This document shows, piece after piece, positions 34,975-46,959 of a stretch of 64,000 nucleotides of DNA (position 1 is the first letter of the stretch; each line of letters opens with the position of its first letter). Both the position numbers and the translations under genes were made by a program. The notes beneath the pieces are model-generated. The model was not told where the DNA came from. It did no database searches and was given only the letters and a program-made list of their open reading frames with translations. This DNA comes from Heterodontus francisci (taxonomy: Eukaryota): NCBI RefSeq assembly GCF_036365525.1, contig NW_027141721.1, positions 1 to 64,000 of the forward strand. Reading direction: 5' to 3'.

Positions 34975-35943
34975 GGCATTCAGCCCCTCTCAAATCTGTT
35001 TCACATGAACAGGAGGAGGACATTCAACCCCTCTCCAGTCTGTTACACAGGAACAGGAGGAGGACATTCAACCCCTCTCCAGTCTGTTACACAGGAACAG
35101 AAGGAGGATATTCAGCCCTTCTCGAGCTTGCTACACAGGAACAGGAGGAGGACATTCAGCACCTCTCCAGTCTGCTACACAGGAACAGGAGGAGGACATT
35201 CAGCCCCTCTAGAGCCTGTTACACAGGAACAGGAGGAGGACATTCCGCCCCTCTCGAGCCTGTTACACAGGAACAGGAGGCGGACATTCAGCACCTCTCC
35301 AGTCTGTTACACAGGAACAGGAGGAGCACATTCAACCCCTCTCCAGTCTGTTACACAGGAACAGGAGGAGGACATTCAGCCCCTCTCCAGTCTGTTACAC
35401 AGGAACAGGAGGAGGACATTCAGCCCCTCTCCAGTGTGTTACACAGGAACAGAAGGAGGACATTCGGCCCCTCTCGAGCCTGTTACACAAGAACAGGAGG
35501 AGGACATTCAGCCCCTCTCGAGCCTGTTACACAGGAACAGGAGGAGGACATTCAGCCCCTCTCGAGCCTGTTACACAGGAACAGGAGGAGGTCATTCAGC
35601 CCCTCTCCAGTCTGTTACACAGGAACAGGAGGAGGACTTTCAGCCCCGCTCGAGCTTGTTACACAGGAAAAGGAGGAGGACTTTCAGACCCTCTCCAGTC
35701 TATTACACAGGAACAGGAGGAGGACATTCAGCCCCGCTAGAGCCTGTTACACAGAAACAGGAGGAGGACATTCAGCCCCTCTCCAGTCTGTTACACGGGA
35801 ACAGCAGGAGGACATTCAGCCACTCTCGAGTCTGTTACACAGGAACAGGAGCGGGACAATCAGGCCCTTTGCAGTCTGTTACACAGGAACAGGAGGAGGA
35901 CATTCAGCCCCTCTTGAATCTGTTACACCGGAACAGGAGGAGG
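34975..35943. repeat. 44-bp minisatellite (about 22 visible copies, runs into gap)
   Basis: Unit ggacattcagcccctctccagtctgttacacaggaacaggagga. About four degenerate copies at the paralogous site 25800-25975. Confidence 0.95.
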
Positions 35944-36190
35944 NNNNNNNNNNNNNNNNNNNNNNNNNNNNNNNNNNNNNNNNNNNNNNNNNNNNNNNNN
36001 NNNNNNNNNNNNNNNNNNNNNNNNNNNNNNNNNNNNNNNNNNNNNNNNNNNNNNNNNNNNNNNNNNNNNNNNNNNNNNNNNNNNNNNNNNNNNNNNNNNN
36101 NNNNNNNNNNNNNNNNNNNNNNNNNNNNNNNNNNNNNNNNNNNNNNNNNNNNNNNNNNNNNNNNNNNNNNNNNNNNNNNNNNNNNNNNNN
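35944..36190. other. Assembly gap (N run)
   Basis: Run of N at the end of the 44-bp minisatellite. Confidence 1.
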
Positions 36191-37399
36191 TCCCTCTCAA
36201 TTCACCCCTTATCCCAATCCCTGCCTCCGTTCCTTACCCTTTTCTTTACCTGCATTTTCCCTCCACAACCTGCAGGATCTCAGGAAGCACCGGCTACGGG
36301 TCCTCAAACAGAACACTCTTAATGTATACAGTAAATCGTGCACACTGCAATCTCTTAACCTATCACTCAGACAGTCCCAGGTCTGCCAAACCAGGGGTGT
36401 GCAAGTTCCCAGGTGTTCTGTTGCGGTGCTGTTATCATTTCAGCTGATCTGTCTGCACACCAACACCCAAAGCCCATGCACCTGGTCCTCAACTCTAACA
36501 TTAAGGGTTTTACTCTTTTGTTCGGTTCTTATGCTGTTTGCTCTTCAGATGAAGGTAACGCGAGGTTCTGGGTTGAAGAGGTTCAACAAATGTCTAACAA
36601 TAAAGGCGGACGTTGAATGAAGGATTGGGATATGGACACAAAACATTTTCAAAGAAAGGCGATTATGGAGTCATCAAAGTAAGTACATTTCCCTTTGTCC
36701 TTTTGCAAACATGGCACAAAGTAGGAATCCATTGCTGCTTCTAAATGTTCCCTGGACATTATAGAGCGATGAGAAGTCATGTTAAACTTGTATAGAATCT
36801 AGCTTAGACCACAGTTGGAACACTTTTCCCAGTTCTGGTATTCATTTTAAAGAGCTATAGAGATACAGGAGAAGGGGCAAAAAAATAATGACAAGGATGA
36901 TATCAGAACTGAGAGGTTATAATTATCAGGAAGGGCTGTGAAGAGAAGGCTGAGGGGGTGATCTGATGGAGGGATTTAAGATTATGAAAGAGTTTTTGAT
37001 AGGGTCGACGTGCAAAAGATGTTTTCACTTGTGGGGGAGTCAGGAACTCCGAACCATCAATAGAAAGATAGTCACTAATAAATAAAATCGGGAATTCAGG
37101 AGAAACTTCTTTACCCAGAGAGTGGGAGGATGTAAGGAGTGGGATAAGGCGAATAGCGGAGATGTATTCAAGAGGGAATTTGGATAAACAAATGGGGGTG
37201 GGGGAGATTTGGAAGGATCTACTGATGGGGTGAGATGAAGACGGGAGCGAGGAAGCTCGTGTGGAGGATGAACGCCAGCATGAATGTGTTGGGCCGAATG
37301 GCCTGTTTCTTTGCGATTTGCCTCAGGACACAGTCCAAGGGATAAAGTGTGTCTCACCTGAGAAGGCAGACAAGCCGCTGGTTTAAAATCTCAGGTGCA

Positions 37400-38046
37400 A
37401 ATTCAGCACTCCCTCTGTACTGACCCTCTGAGAGTGCAGCACTCCCACAGTACTGACCCTCGGACAGTGCAGCACTTCCTCAGTACTGACCCTCTGACAG
37501 TGCAGCACTCCCTCAGTACTGACCCTCTGACAGTGCAGCACTCCCTCAGTACTGACCCTCTGACAGTGCAGCACTCCCTCAGTTCGGACCATCTGAGAGT
37601 GCAGCACTCCCTCAGTACTGCCCCTCTGACAGTGCAGCACTCCCTCAGTACTGACACTCTGACAGAGCAGCACTCCCTCAGTACTGACCCTCTGACAGTG
37701 CTGCAATCCCTCAGTACAGACACTCTGACATGCAGCACTCCCTCAGTACAGACACTCTGCCAGTGCAGTGCTCCCTCAGTACTGACCCTCTGACAGTGCA
37801 GCATTACCTCAGTACTAACCCTCTGACAGTGCAGCACTCCCTCAGTACTGACACTCTGACATGCAGCACTCCCTCAGTACTGACCCTCGGACAGTGCAGC
37901 ACTCCCTCAGTGCTGACCATCTGATGGTGCGGCACTCCCTCAGTACTGACGCTCCAACAGTGCAGCACTCCCTCAGTGCTGACCCTCTGACAGTGCAGCA
38001 CTCCCTCAGTACTGACCCTCCAACAATGCAGCAAACCTCAGTACTG
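37400..38046. repeat. 33-bp minisatellite (about 20 copies)
   Basis: Unit cagtgcagcactccctcagtactgaccctctga. Explains the 11-aa periodic ORFs in the track. Confidence 0.95.
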
Positions 38047-38080
38047 AATTAACGAAATTGGCTGCATTGGCGATCGATGG

Positions 38081-39472
38081 GCGGTAGGTGGCGCTATTGC
38101 ACCACTAATCCTGATCATTTCTCGGCCGTTCCTTCCTCTGACAGCGACCTCAGGTCTGCCATTCCCTCCCAAAGCCCCTCCACATCTCTCTCCTCCAAAT
38201 CTTCCCAGCTTTGGCCCACACCTCCTAACAATTTCTGCTGTAACTCTGTGTCAAATAATTGGCAGATTTACGCTCTTCGGGCCGTTTATCTCGGGACGGT
38301 GAAGTCGGTATATAAATGCAAATTGCAGCTGTTTAATTACACGCTCGTGCTGACCTGTGAACAGGAGGTTTGGGACTTGGAACATGTCTTCCAGAAACGG
38401 ACTCTGTCGGCAGTTTCGCTTGACGTTTCTTCCACGAGGGGAGACGAATTAAACTCTGCATTCACAGAAAATTTGATTCGAATTTGTCACGACCGGGATT
38501 TCGCGTCCTGTTGCTATAGTTTTCAGCACTTGTATGTTGTCGCTTGATATAACGTCCTCTTAAAATCTATCACCATCCTCCTCACGGTTCACAATGCTGC
38601 AAAGTTTGCAAATGTGCCCTGCACACCCAAGTCTATGTTATTAATATCGATCAAGACAAGCAGTGGTCCCTGGAGAACCCCACTATAGACCTTCCTTCAG
38701 ACTGAACACCAACTGTTTACCACTACTCTGTTCCATGTTGCTTTGTATCCATGTTGCTAATGCCCCTTTTATTGCATGGGCTTTATCTTTGCTGACAAGC
38801 CTGTTATGTAGTACTTTATCAAACGCTTTTTTTGAAGTTCATGTACACCACATCAACAGCAATACCCTCATTAACCCTCTCTGTTACCTCATCAAAAAAT
38901 GTGTATCCGACTCTTGGTTTCCTGATTAGTCTACAGAGTGCTGGTTGTTTCAAAAGGCCATGCAGTATTCATCATCTCTACAGATGGGAGAACCTCAAAG
39001 CATCTTGTATGACTGACCACTTCCTCTGATGTGTCTTTATATATCAGACGTGGTTTAGTGGGGAGCACCTCGGCACTGAGTCAGAGGTTTGTGGGTTTAA
39101 GTCCCCGGACCGAGATTTAAGCATACAATCGAGGCTGACACCCCCAGTGCAGGACAGAGGAAGTGCTGCACCGTGTGGAGGTGTAGCACCGAGGTACTCT
39201 CTTTATTTTGGCTGAGATGTTAAAACGAGGTCCCGACTGCAGATGGGAAGAATGCCATAGCCACTATTTCGGAGAATAACAGGGGCATTCTCGAGGGTTA
39301 TCTGGGGCAATAGACATCCCTGAACCAACTTTACTAAAACAGATTATCTGGTCATTCTCAGTTTCCACCAGGAGATGGCGCAGTTCTCCATAGAACTCGT
39401 GGCTGCAAATAGAATTCGAGCAGATGTCAGACAATGAATTTCCATTCAGCGAGTGATCGCGCCCTCTAGCGG
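38081..39472. promoter_or_regulatory. Three CTCF-like motifs in the V-D interval
   Basis: GCGGTAGGTGGCGC (38081-38094, +), CCAGGAGATGGCGC (39368-39381, +) and CCGCTAGAGGGCGC (39459-39472, -). Confidence 0.6.
39050..39360 (+). mobile_element. tRNA-derived SINE-like element (related copy about 8970-9170)
   Basis: A/B-box-like head gtggtttagtgg...tgagtcag...gtgggtttaagtccc, then a core shared with other dispersed copies. Confidence 0.55.
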
Positions 39473-40219
39473 CCGCAGAGGGAATACGATGAAGTCTGAA
39501 TAATTTTCATCACCATTCACCATTTGGATCATTCTTCTGGCGTTACCGAGTCGCAGCCGGAGTGTGATCAATGCTACCTACTTCCAGTGAGATGTAGGAT
39601 TATTTATTGCCATGTGCAAAGATGACCAGATGGTGACAAGTGGAGCGAAACTCCCCCCCTCCCCCACCCACCCCTCCGCTACCAGTATTGGATCCAAGAT
39701 GCATCAGTTGGAATTCATTCCTGGTTATGTGCATTCACCTCACATTGAAATTTCGAGACAGGGTGCCGACCGGGAGTTTTATAACGCTGCTCGATATTGG
39801 ACCCTGCAAGTAAAGGGTTACTATCTTGTTGGCACGTGGAAAAGACTTCTGATCTGCGTCCCTGCAATTTTGCTTCAATCCTCAGAGAACACATCAGCTA
39901 AGGAACTCACTTTCGACTCCACTGGCATAATGGAGGTTGGAAATGTGCACAGCATCTCGAATCCGTAAAGGCTGGAGGACATCTGACCGTCAGGAGCCCA
40001 TTAAAAGTCTTCCACTTCATAAAAGCTAAAGAAAAGAAATGACGGAATGTTGTAGATTTCGGGAACTCCAGTCCAATCTGAAAATATCTGGGTCTGTAGT
40101 AAAAGTAGTCGAGCAACAGGGTGAGTAATTTCAATAACAACATTCTTCCCATTATTGATATTGCAAGAGGGACCCGTGTATATGAATGAGAGCAATTTTA
40201 CATCAATGTACAACAAGGA

Positions 40220-40870
40220 ATTAGGAAGGCGAGTAACATGTTAGCTTTTATTGTAAGGCGTTTGAAACACAAGAGTAAGGAAATCTTTCTGCAGCTAGTT
40301 GGGACTTTGGTAACAAAACAAATATAGTGTTGTGTCGAGTGTTGCTCTCCTTATCTACGGAAGCATGTATTTGCCTTAGAGGAGGTTGCAACGAAGGTTC
40401 ACTCAATTGGTTCCAAGGAGGAGAAGGCTGCCCAATGAGGAGAAATTGAGTCGAATGGGCTGTTATTCTCTGGAAGAATCAGAGGTGATCCATTTGAAAC
40501 GTACAAAATTATGAGAGTGTTTGACAGGGTACACACTGAGAGGCTGCTTCCCCCCTGGCTGGAGAACCTAGAAATAAGGGGAAGAAGCTTCAGGATAAGG
40601 GGTCCATCTACAACACTTAGATGAGGAGGAATGTCTTCACTCAGAGGGTTATGACTCTTTGGAATTCAGAGAGCTGTGGAATTCTCAGTCATTGAGAAAA
40701 TTGAAGACATGAGATCCATAGATTTTAGGCACCAAGGGAATCCAGGGATGTAGGAATATGGCGGGAAAGTGGAGTGAAGGTAGCAGATCTTCAAGATCTT
40801 CATTATGTGGAGGAGCAGACACGGCGGGCCGAATGGCTTACTCCTGCTCCTATTTTCTAATGTTCTGATG
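40220..40870 (+). mobile_element. Degenerate CR1-like LINE 3' fragment
   Basis: Nucleotide similarity to 47640-48090, including the ggccgaatggc...ctcctgctcctat tail. Confidence 0.75.
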
Positions 40871-42829
40871 TAAGTGGTTCCTGCGCGTTTGCAGTGTCAG
40901 ATCATTGTGTCATCACAGCACATACGGTCTAAAATATTATCTTTCTCTTCCGGTCTAACCCGTGTTTCACTTGACCATGAAGTCACGTCATGGCAAACCC
41001 TGAAGCCAGTTACAGGCCAAACCAGATCTTGATAAGGGAAGTTTGTCGATTTCAGTGCAATTTCCAGGCGATCGGAAAGAATTATAATCAGAGCAGAGAA
41101 GGTTAAGGGACCCAGCGGAAGGTGGTGTTGGAAATCAGGAAGGATTTTGATAAATTGAACAGGGAGAAGCTGTTTTCTGAGGCAGGAAGGTCGCTAACCA
41201 GGGAGGCGCTGATTTAGGGTCAGTGGCAAAAGAACCAGAAGCGGGACGAGGAGAAAGATTCTGAGTGGGACGGGTATTATCGATCTTGAACGCATCGCCT
41301 GAAACGGCAGTGGAATGGGATTCCGCTTTCAAAAGGGAATTGGATAGATCCTTGGAGCAGAAGATTTCCAGGGCTAGGGCAAAAGGGCAGGAGAGTGGGA
41401 CTAACTGGATAGATTTTTCACAAAAGCAAGCAGAGACGGGATGATCTCCTTTGTGTTGAATCTTTCTGTGATGCTATAATGTGTACAGATCAGAAAGGAA
41501 CAACTTGACATCATTGCCTTTATTCAATAAAAGTAAAACTATTCTCCACCCTTTGGCATATGAAGCATGACAACCAAGCTATTGGGAGACGGTGAACCTT
41601 ATCTGTTATCTCTATGGGTGCATTCTCACTGCAGACCGGGTTCCAGTCAAGCAAACCCTACTTATATGGCTGTGTTGGAGTTGGAACTGCCCTGGGACAA
41701 ATTCCTCCCGGTACACCAGGGAATTCTGTCAAGAGCAGGCTGGTTATCATCTCAACAGGTCAGTGTTGAAGAGGTTTAACATGACATGTGGAAGTATGTC
41801 AATGAGACACCGGTCATTCTTTATTCAATAGGGGCCCTAAGACTGTGTTTGCCTCGTGGTATTGATCCATCCATATCCAGATTTGATAGATTTCCTTCAG
41901 TGAGGAACATTTTGGGATTAAGTTGAGACATGACATGTGACAAGAGTTGCCTGCTTGGGAGGAACAGGGACTTTGGGCCTGACATTTTGGTGCTTTCCAC
42001 ACCTCATGCCTGGGCCCTGTTGTAGATCAAGTAACCGCAATTGGTTTATTTCTGTTCTGTTACGGGATGTGGGCTGGCGAGGGCTACGTTTATTTCCAAG
42101 TCTAACCGCTCTTGAGCAGACTTCTTCTTGAATGCAACTGCGTGGCTGACTAGGCCCATTCCTCAGGGCAGTGAAGGGTGAACAGCATTGCTGCCGGGGT
42201 CTGGAGTTACTGAGTGTCCAGACTGGGTGAGGGAGGCAAAATTCCTTCCCCAAAGGATATCACTGAACCAGGTGGCTCTTTCCGCCAATCCAGCAGCTTT
42301 ATGCTGAGCATCATTGCTGGAATACAACTACTGTTACAAAGGCTACCATCATCAACAACTACATTATTGGTCTACAAGGATACCAGAAGTTGAACGAGGT
42401 GTCCTGGTTTTTTTTTGGCATCTAGCAAATCCTGCATTCCGAAGCCTGCCTGTTTAGCTTAGTGCTGGAACCCAACACAGTTTAATTCAGAGAGTACAGA
42501 GCTGAGAGATGCCAGATAAACCTTATTCTTCAGATTCACTGTGACACCAGTGACAGCCTCATTCAACTTGATGGACCGTCCCCCAGTTGGACCAAGTTTC
42601 AGCTGAAAGACCGGCCCCAGCGCCTGGGAGTTCCTGCTGCGCCTTCGTTAGACCAAAGTACGTGAATTGAATGCAGTTATGAGACAGTGCATTCCAGGAA
42701 GGTGGGGATTGCTCTACCGAGGGATATCGGAATATAATTTCTGAAAATGAGATGGATAAGTTAGCGGTTTGTCAATAAAAAGATACTGATACGCAGATTA
42801 ACCACAAGCATTATTCATGGTTGGCGCTG

Positions 42830-43495
42830 GACAGGTTGAGAGAGCAGTTAATAAAGCATACAGTATCCTGGGCTTTATTAAAAGAGGCAGAGAGTACAAG
42901 AGCATGGAAGTAAGTTGCACTTGTACAAGACACTAGTTCGACTTCAGCCGGAGTATTGTGTCCAGTTCTGGGAGCTGCACTTGAGGAAAGAAATGAAAGC
43001 ATTGGAGAGAGTGAGGAAAAGATTCAGGAGAATGGTTCCACGGGTGAGGGACCTCTGTTATGATGATAGTTTGGAGAAGTTGGGATTGTTTTCCTTGGAG
43101 AAGAGAAGGCTGAGAGGTGATTTGATAGAGGGATTCAAAATCATGAGGTGTCGGGACAGAACAGATAGAGAGAAACTGCTCCCACTCGTGAAAGGATGGA
43201 GAATGAGAGGGCACACATTTAAACTAATTGGAAACAGAAGTAAAAGTGACATGAGGAAAACATTGTTTCACAAAGCGAATGGTTAATGTCTGGAGTGCAT
43301 GCTCAGAGAGTATGGTGCAGGCAGGTGCAATCGGGGCATTCAAAATGGAATTATGAAAAGGAAGAATGTGCAGGGTTACGGGTAGAAGGCGAGGGAATGG
43401 GACTGAGTGAATTGCTCATTCGGAGGGCCGGTTCAGACACAATGGGTCGAATTGCCTTCTTGTGTACTGTTCCAATTTTCTGATTCTGTGATTAG
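42830..43495 (+). mobile_element. CR1-like LINE 3' fragment
   Basis: LYKTLVRLQPEYCVQFW...LGLFSLEKRRLRGDLIE. Confidence 0.88.
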
Positions 43496-44030
43496 GAATA
43501 TCGATGATAAGTGGCAGTAACTTGATTGCTAACCTGATGATCAAGGTTGGGTAAAATTTGTGATAAACACAACAATGTTCAGTTTAAATGGTACAGGGTG
43601 ATATTCTAAGATAATAAGATGTATCTATCCATCGGGACTTTGATAGCTCTATCTTTCAGCAGAACCAAGCCATCTATTTATCACTTTAAGAGCTGCTTGC
43701 AAGCTGTAAGATACAGATGCAGACTCACACAGACAACACCAGCACAGACGAAGAGATTTTTCTTTTAACTTGTTGAGTTATTCTGATCAGGAATGCGATG
43801 CCTGAAAGGATGGAGCAAGCAGATTCAACAGTAACTTAGAAAGGAGATTGGGAAATATATTTGAACAGGAAATATCTACACTCTGAAAGTTGATGGAAAA
43901 CTCTGCAAAGTTTCATCAATGAACAGCTGTCTTTATGAACTCTGCTTACTTGAGTTTTCCTCTCGAACACTCACAGTATAAGAGGGTGGTATGTTTTTGA
44001 CCCAGCCCTGCACCTGTTTGAATCACTGTG

Positions 44031-44332
44031 ATCACTAGCAGCACAGTAATACACCGCCCTGTCAGTCTGATCCACCCTCAGTATTTTCAGGCTGCAGGTT
44101 TTAAGATCGGGTCTGGTGACCTTAAATCTCTCCTTGAAACCCTCTTCAGGGCTGGTATCAGAGGTGCCAATCGAGGTCACTATGAGCAGTAACCCTGCTC
44201 CGCTCTGCTGGCGATACCAGTACATGTAACTGTCGCTGGTGTCATTCTGGAAACAGTGCATTTCCACCGTTTTCCCCTCTGCGACCGTCAGCCGGTTCCC
44301 CCACTGGGTAACGAGAGTGCTCCTGGACCGGG
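44031..44332 (-). CDS. TRBV: V exon, family A copy 1 (D-proximal)
   Basis: ARSRSTLVTQWGNRLTVAEGKTVEMHCFQNDTSDSYMYWYRQQSGAGLLLIV...DRAVYYCAASD with both Cys, WYRQ and YYC. 23-RSS CACAGTG-23-TCAAAAACA (44030-43992). Acceptor ccacag|. Confidence 0.97.
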
Positions 44333-44646
44333 CTGTGGAGGAACATGAGAAACAGATCGGGTCAAAGAGAACAGACACAATAAGGAGAGAGAGAGAGATT
44401 TAATGGTAAAGCTCACGATGCACACCACAGTCGATCAGCTCGCTGCCGCCCCAGCACAGGGGTCATGTGCTGATTCCCAGAATCGCTGGGCACAACTGCA
44501 GCGGTGCTAAATAACGACACTTGTCCTCAACAGTAAAACCAAACCAGTAAATCTCTAACTGATTGGAGCCCTTCGATATCAACAGGAATTGTGTCTCAAA
44601 GCTGATTAACTGGGGCCTGAATTTCCCTCCAAGTAGGAGCAGTAAC

Positions 44647-44692
44647 CTGGGAGCAGCAGAAACAGTAGATGGAGGTAAACAGGACACAGCAT
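44647..44692 (-). CDS. TRBV: Leader exon for V at 44031 (MLCPVYLHLLFLLLP)
   Basis: 46-nt hydrophobic signal exon. Phase-1 donor CCAG|gttact is compatible with the V exon. Confidence 0.88.
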
Positions 44693-44760
44693 GATGCAGG
44701 AATGTGAACCCTTCTTTCAACCTTCCAGCTTGGTCCAGCTCTTATGCACACTGCAGTCCT

Positions 44761-44823
44761 ATTGGTGCACAGCCTGCTTTTGTGATGCAGTGCGGAAGTG
44801 ACGTCATTGCAAGGGCAACCAAT
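44761..44823 (-). promoter_or_regulatory. V promoter: ETS-CRE composite (CGGAAGTGACGTCA 44793-44806) flanked by two CCAAT boxes
   Basis: AGTGACGTCA matches the CRE decamer of mammalian V-beta promoters, about 110 nt upstream of the ATG. CCAAT at 44761-44765 (-) and 44819-44823 (+). Confidence 0.75.
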
Positions 44824-44959
44824 AGAACCTTCCTTGTGTATCCAACAAAGCAGATGGTTCTTTCACCTGTGTGGATGTAGGAATTAGAATGACACAAGAT
44901 TGACTTGCAAAGTCCCATCTATTGCAGGGTTTGGGGATATGCATAACGATTGGAATGGT

Positions 44960-46210
44960 TGACATATATACCAACTTGATTGAATTTTTCGTGGCGGTGA
45001 CTTGATGTGTAGATAAGGGTCAAGCAGTTGATATAGTCTACATGGCTTTTGATAAAGTCCCGCATGGGAGATTGGTTAGGAAGGTCAGAGCCCATGGGAT
45101 CCAGGGCAGTTTGGGAAAATGGATTCAAAATTGGTTTCTTCGCAGGAGGCAGAGGGTGATGGTCGAGGGTTTTTTTTCTGAGTGGAATCCTGTGAACAGT
45201 GGTGTACCACAGGGATCAGTGCTGGGACCCTTGCTGTTTGTGGTGTACATTAATGAATGAAGTGTGAATATAGGAGGTATGTTACGTAAGTTCGCAGATG
45301 ACACAAAAATTGGTGGTGTCGCAAACAGTGAGGAGGAAAGCCTTAGATTACAGGACAATATAGATGGGCTGGTCGGATGGGCAGAGCAGTGGCAAATGGA
45401 GTTTAATCCTGGGAATTGTGAGGTGATGCATTTTGGGAGGACTAACAAGGCAAGGGAATATCCAATGGATGGTAGGACCCTAGGAAGTACAGGGTGTCAG
45501 ATGGATCTTTGTGTACTTGTCCATAGATCACTGAAGGCAGCAGCACAGGTAGATAAGGTGGTTAGGAAGGTATATGCGATACTTGCCTTTATCAACCGAG
45601 GTATAGAATATAAGAACAGGGAGGTTATGATGGAGCTGTATAAAACACTAGTTAGGCCACATCTGGAGTACTGTGTACAGTTCTGGGCACCACACTATAG
45701 GAAGGATGTGATTGCACTGGAGAGGGTGCAGAGGAGATTCACCAGGATGTTGCCTGGGATGGAGCATTTCAGCTGTGAAGAGAGACGGAAAACACTATGG
45801 TCGTTTTCCTCAGAGCAGAGCATTCTGAGGGGTTACATTATTGTGTTTTTTGAAATTATGCGGGGTACTGATAGGTTAGTTAGGAAGACATTTATCCCGT
45901 TCTTGGAGGGGTCAATAACCAGGTGGCATAGATTTAAGGTAAGAAGCAGGAGGTTTAGAGGGGATTTCATGAAAAAATGCTTCACACAGAGGGTGGTTGG
46001 AATCTAGAACACACTGCCTGAAGAGGTGGTAGAGGCAGGAACCCTCACAACATTTCAGAAGTATTTAGATGAGAACTTGTAACGCCATAGCATACAACGC
46101 TACGGGCCACGTGCTGCAAAATTTGATTAAAATAGTCAGGTCCTTGATGGCCGGCACAGACAGGATGGGCAGAATGGCCTGCTTCTGTGCTGTGTAACTG
46201 TATGACTCTA
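44960..46210 (+). mobile_element. CR1-like LINE, 5'-truncated RT/3' end
   Basis: [44 protein letters not shown] and ERVQRRFTRM motifs, with stops and frameshifts. Confidence 0.93.
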
Positions 46211-46959
46211 GATGTGCTTTATAGAGAGATATCTCACCTGAAGTGATTGTAGAAACTCCTGGGGGAGACCTCATTTCACCGCTCGGAATCTCAGGAGTGC
46301 AGTGAGCAGACAGTCAAACAAGGCGTCCCCTTATAAAGATTTCCAATCACAGGACAGCACTTTTAGTAATGTAGAAACTGGGACTGTTCTCCGGAGAGCA
46401 GAGAAGGTTAAGAGGAGATTTGATAGTGAGGTTCAAAATCAGGAAGGGTTTAGACAGAGTAAATAAGGAGAAACTGTTTGCAGTGGCAGAAGGGTCGGTA
46501 AAGAGAGGACAAGAATTAAAGGATTCACAAAAGAGGAAGAGGGAAGATTAGGAGTTTTTTCTTTAACTTGGTGAGTTATTCTGATCAGGAATGCACTGCC
46601 TGAAAGGATGGAGGAAGCAGATTCAACAGTCACTTTCAAAAGAGATTAGGATGTATATTTGAACAGGAAATATCTGCCACCCATTGAGGATAGTGTGTAG
46701 AGTGGGATGAAACAAGTAGATCTTTCAAAATGTTGGCACAGGAACAATGGGCCGAATAGCCTCCTCTGCCCTCTATGATTTTCAACTTATCTGGAGATTA
46801 TTTCCTCTGCTTTGGAAAGTACTGAAATGAGTCTTTGGATATTGAACTGTCACTCAGGGAGCACTTAGAATCTATTGGAATATCCCACACTCTGCTGGGT
46901 TTGGAAAACTTCTCAAAGCTCCATCCATGAACGGTTGACTTTATGATCTCTCCTGGAAA

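Larger units (their letters stand above)
21300..36480. repeat. Segmental duplication creating two D-J units (about 21300-26410 vs 29400-36480), plus a third partial copy (27040-28150)
   Basis: Paralogous J order and shared intergenic sequence, e.g. 25190-25790 vs 34340-34980 and 26200-26410 vs 36270-36480. Confidence 0.92.

Noticed and set aside
35005-36620. 480-aa and 394-aa ORFs
   Set aside because: Translations of the 44-bp minisatellite plus the N gap, with no gene structure.
37383-38052. Cys/His-rich periodic ORFs; superficially CRISPR-like or zinc-finger-like array
   Set aside because: Head-to-tail 33-bp repeats without unique spacers, in vertebrate DNA with no cas genes.
44042-44048. 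Cryptic heptamer TACTGTG at V 3' ends (V replacement signal)
   Set aside because: Follows directly from Tyr-Cys codons and is absent in V-A2. No independent evidence.
43971-44378. ORF-track starts and ends for V genes (also 48129-48527, 56321-56791, 60924-61328)
   Set aside because: They run through intron and RSS sequence. True limits are set by the splice acceptors and heptamers.
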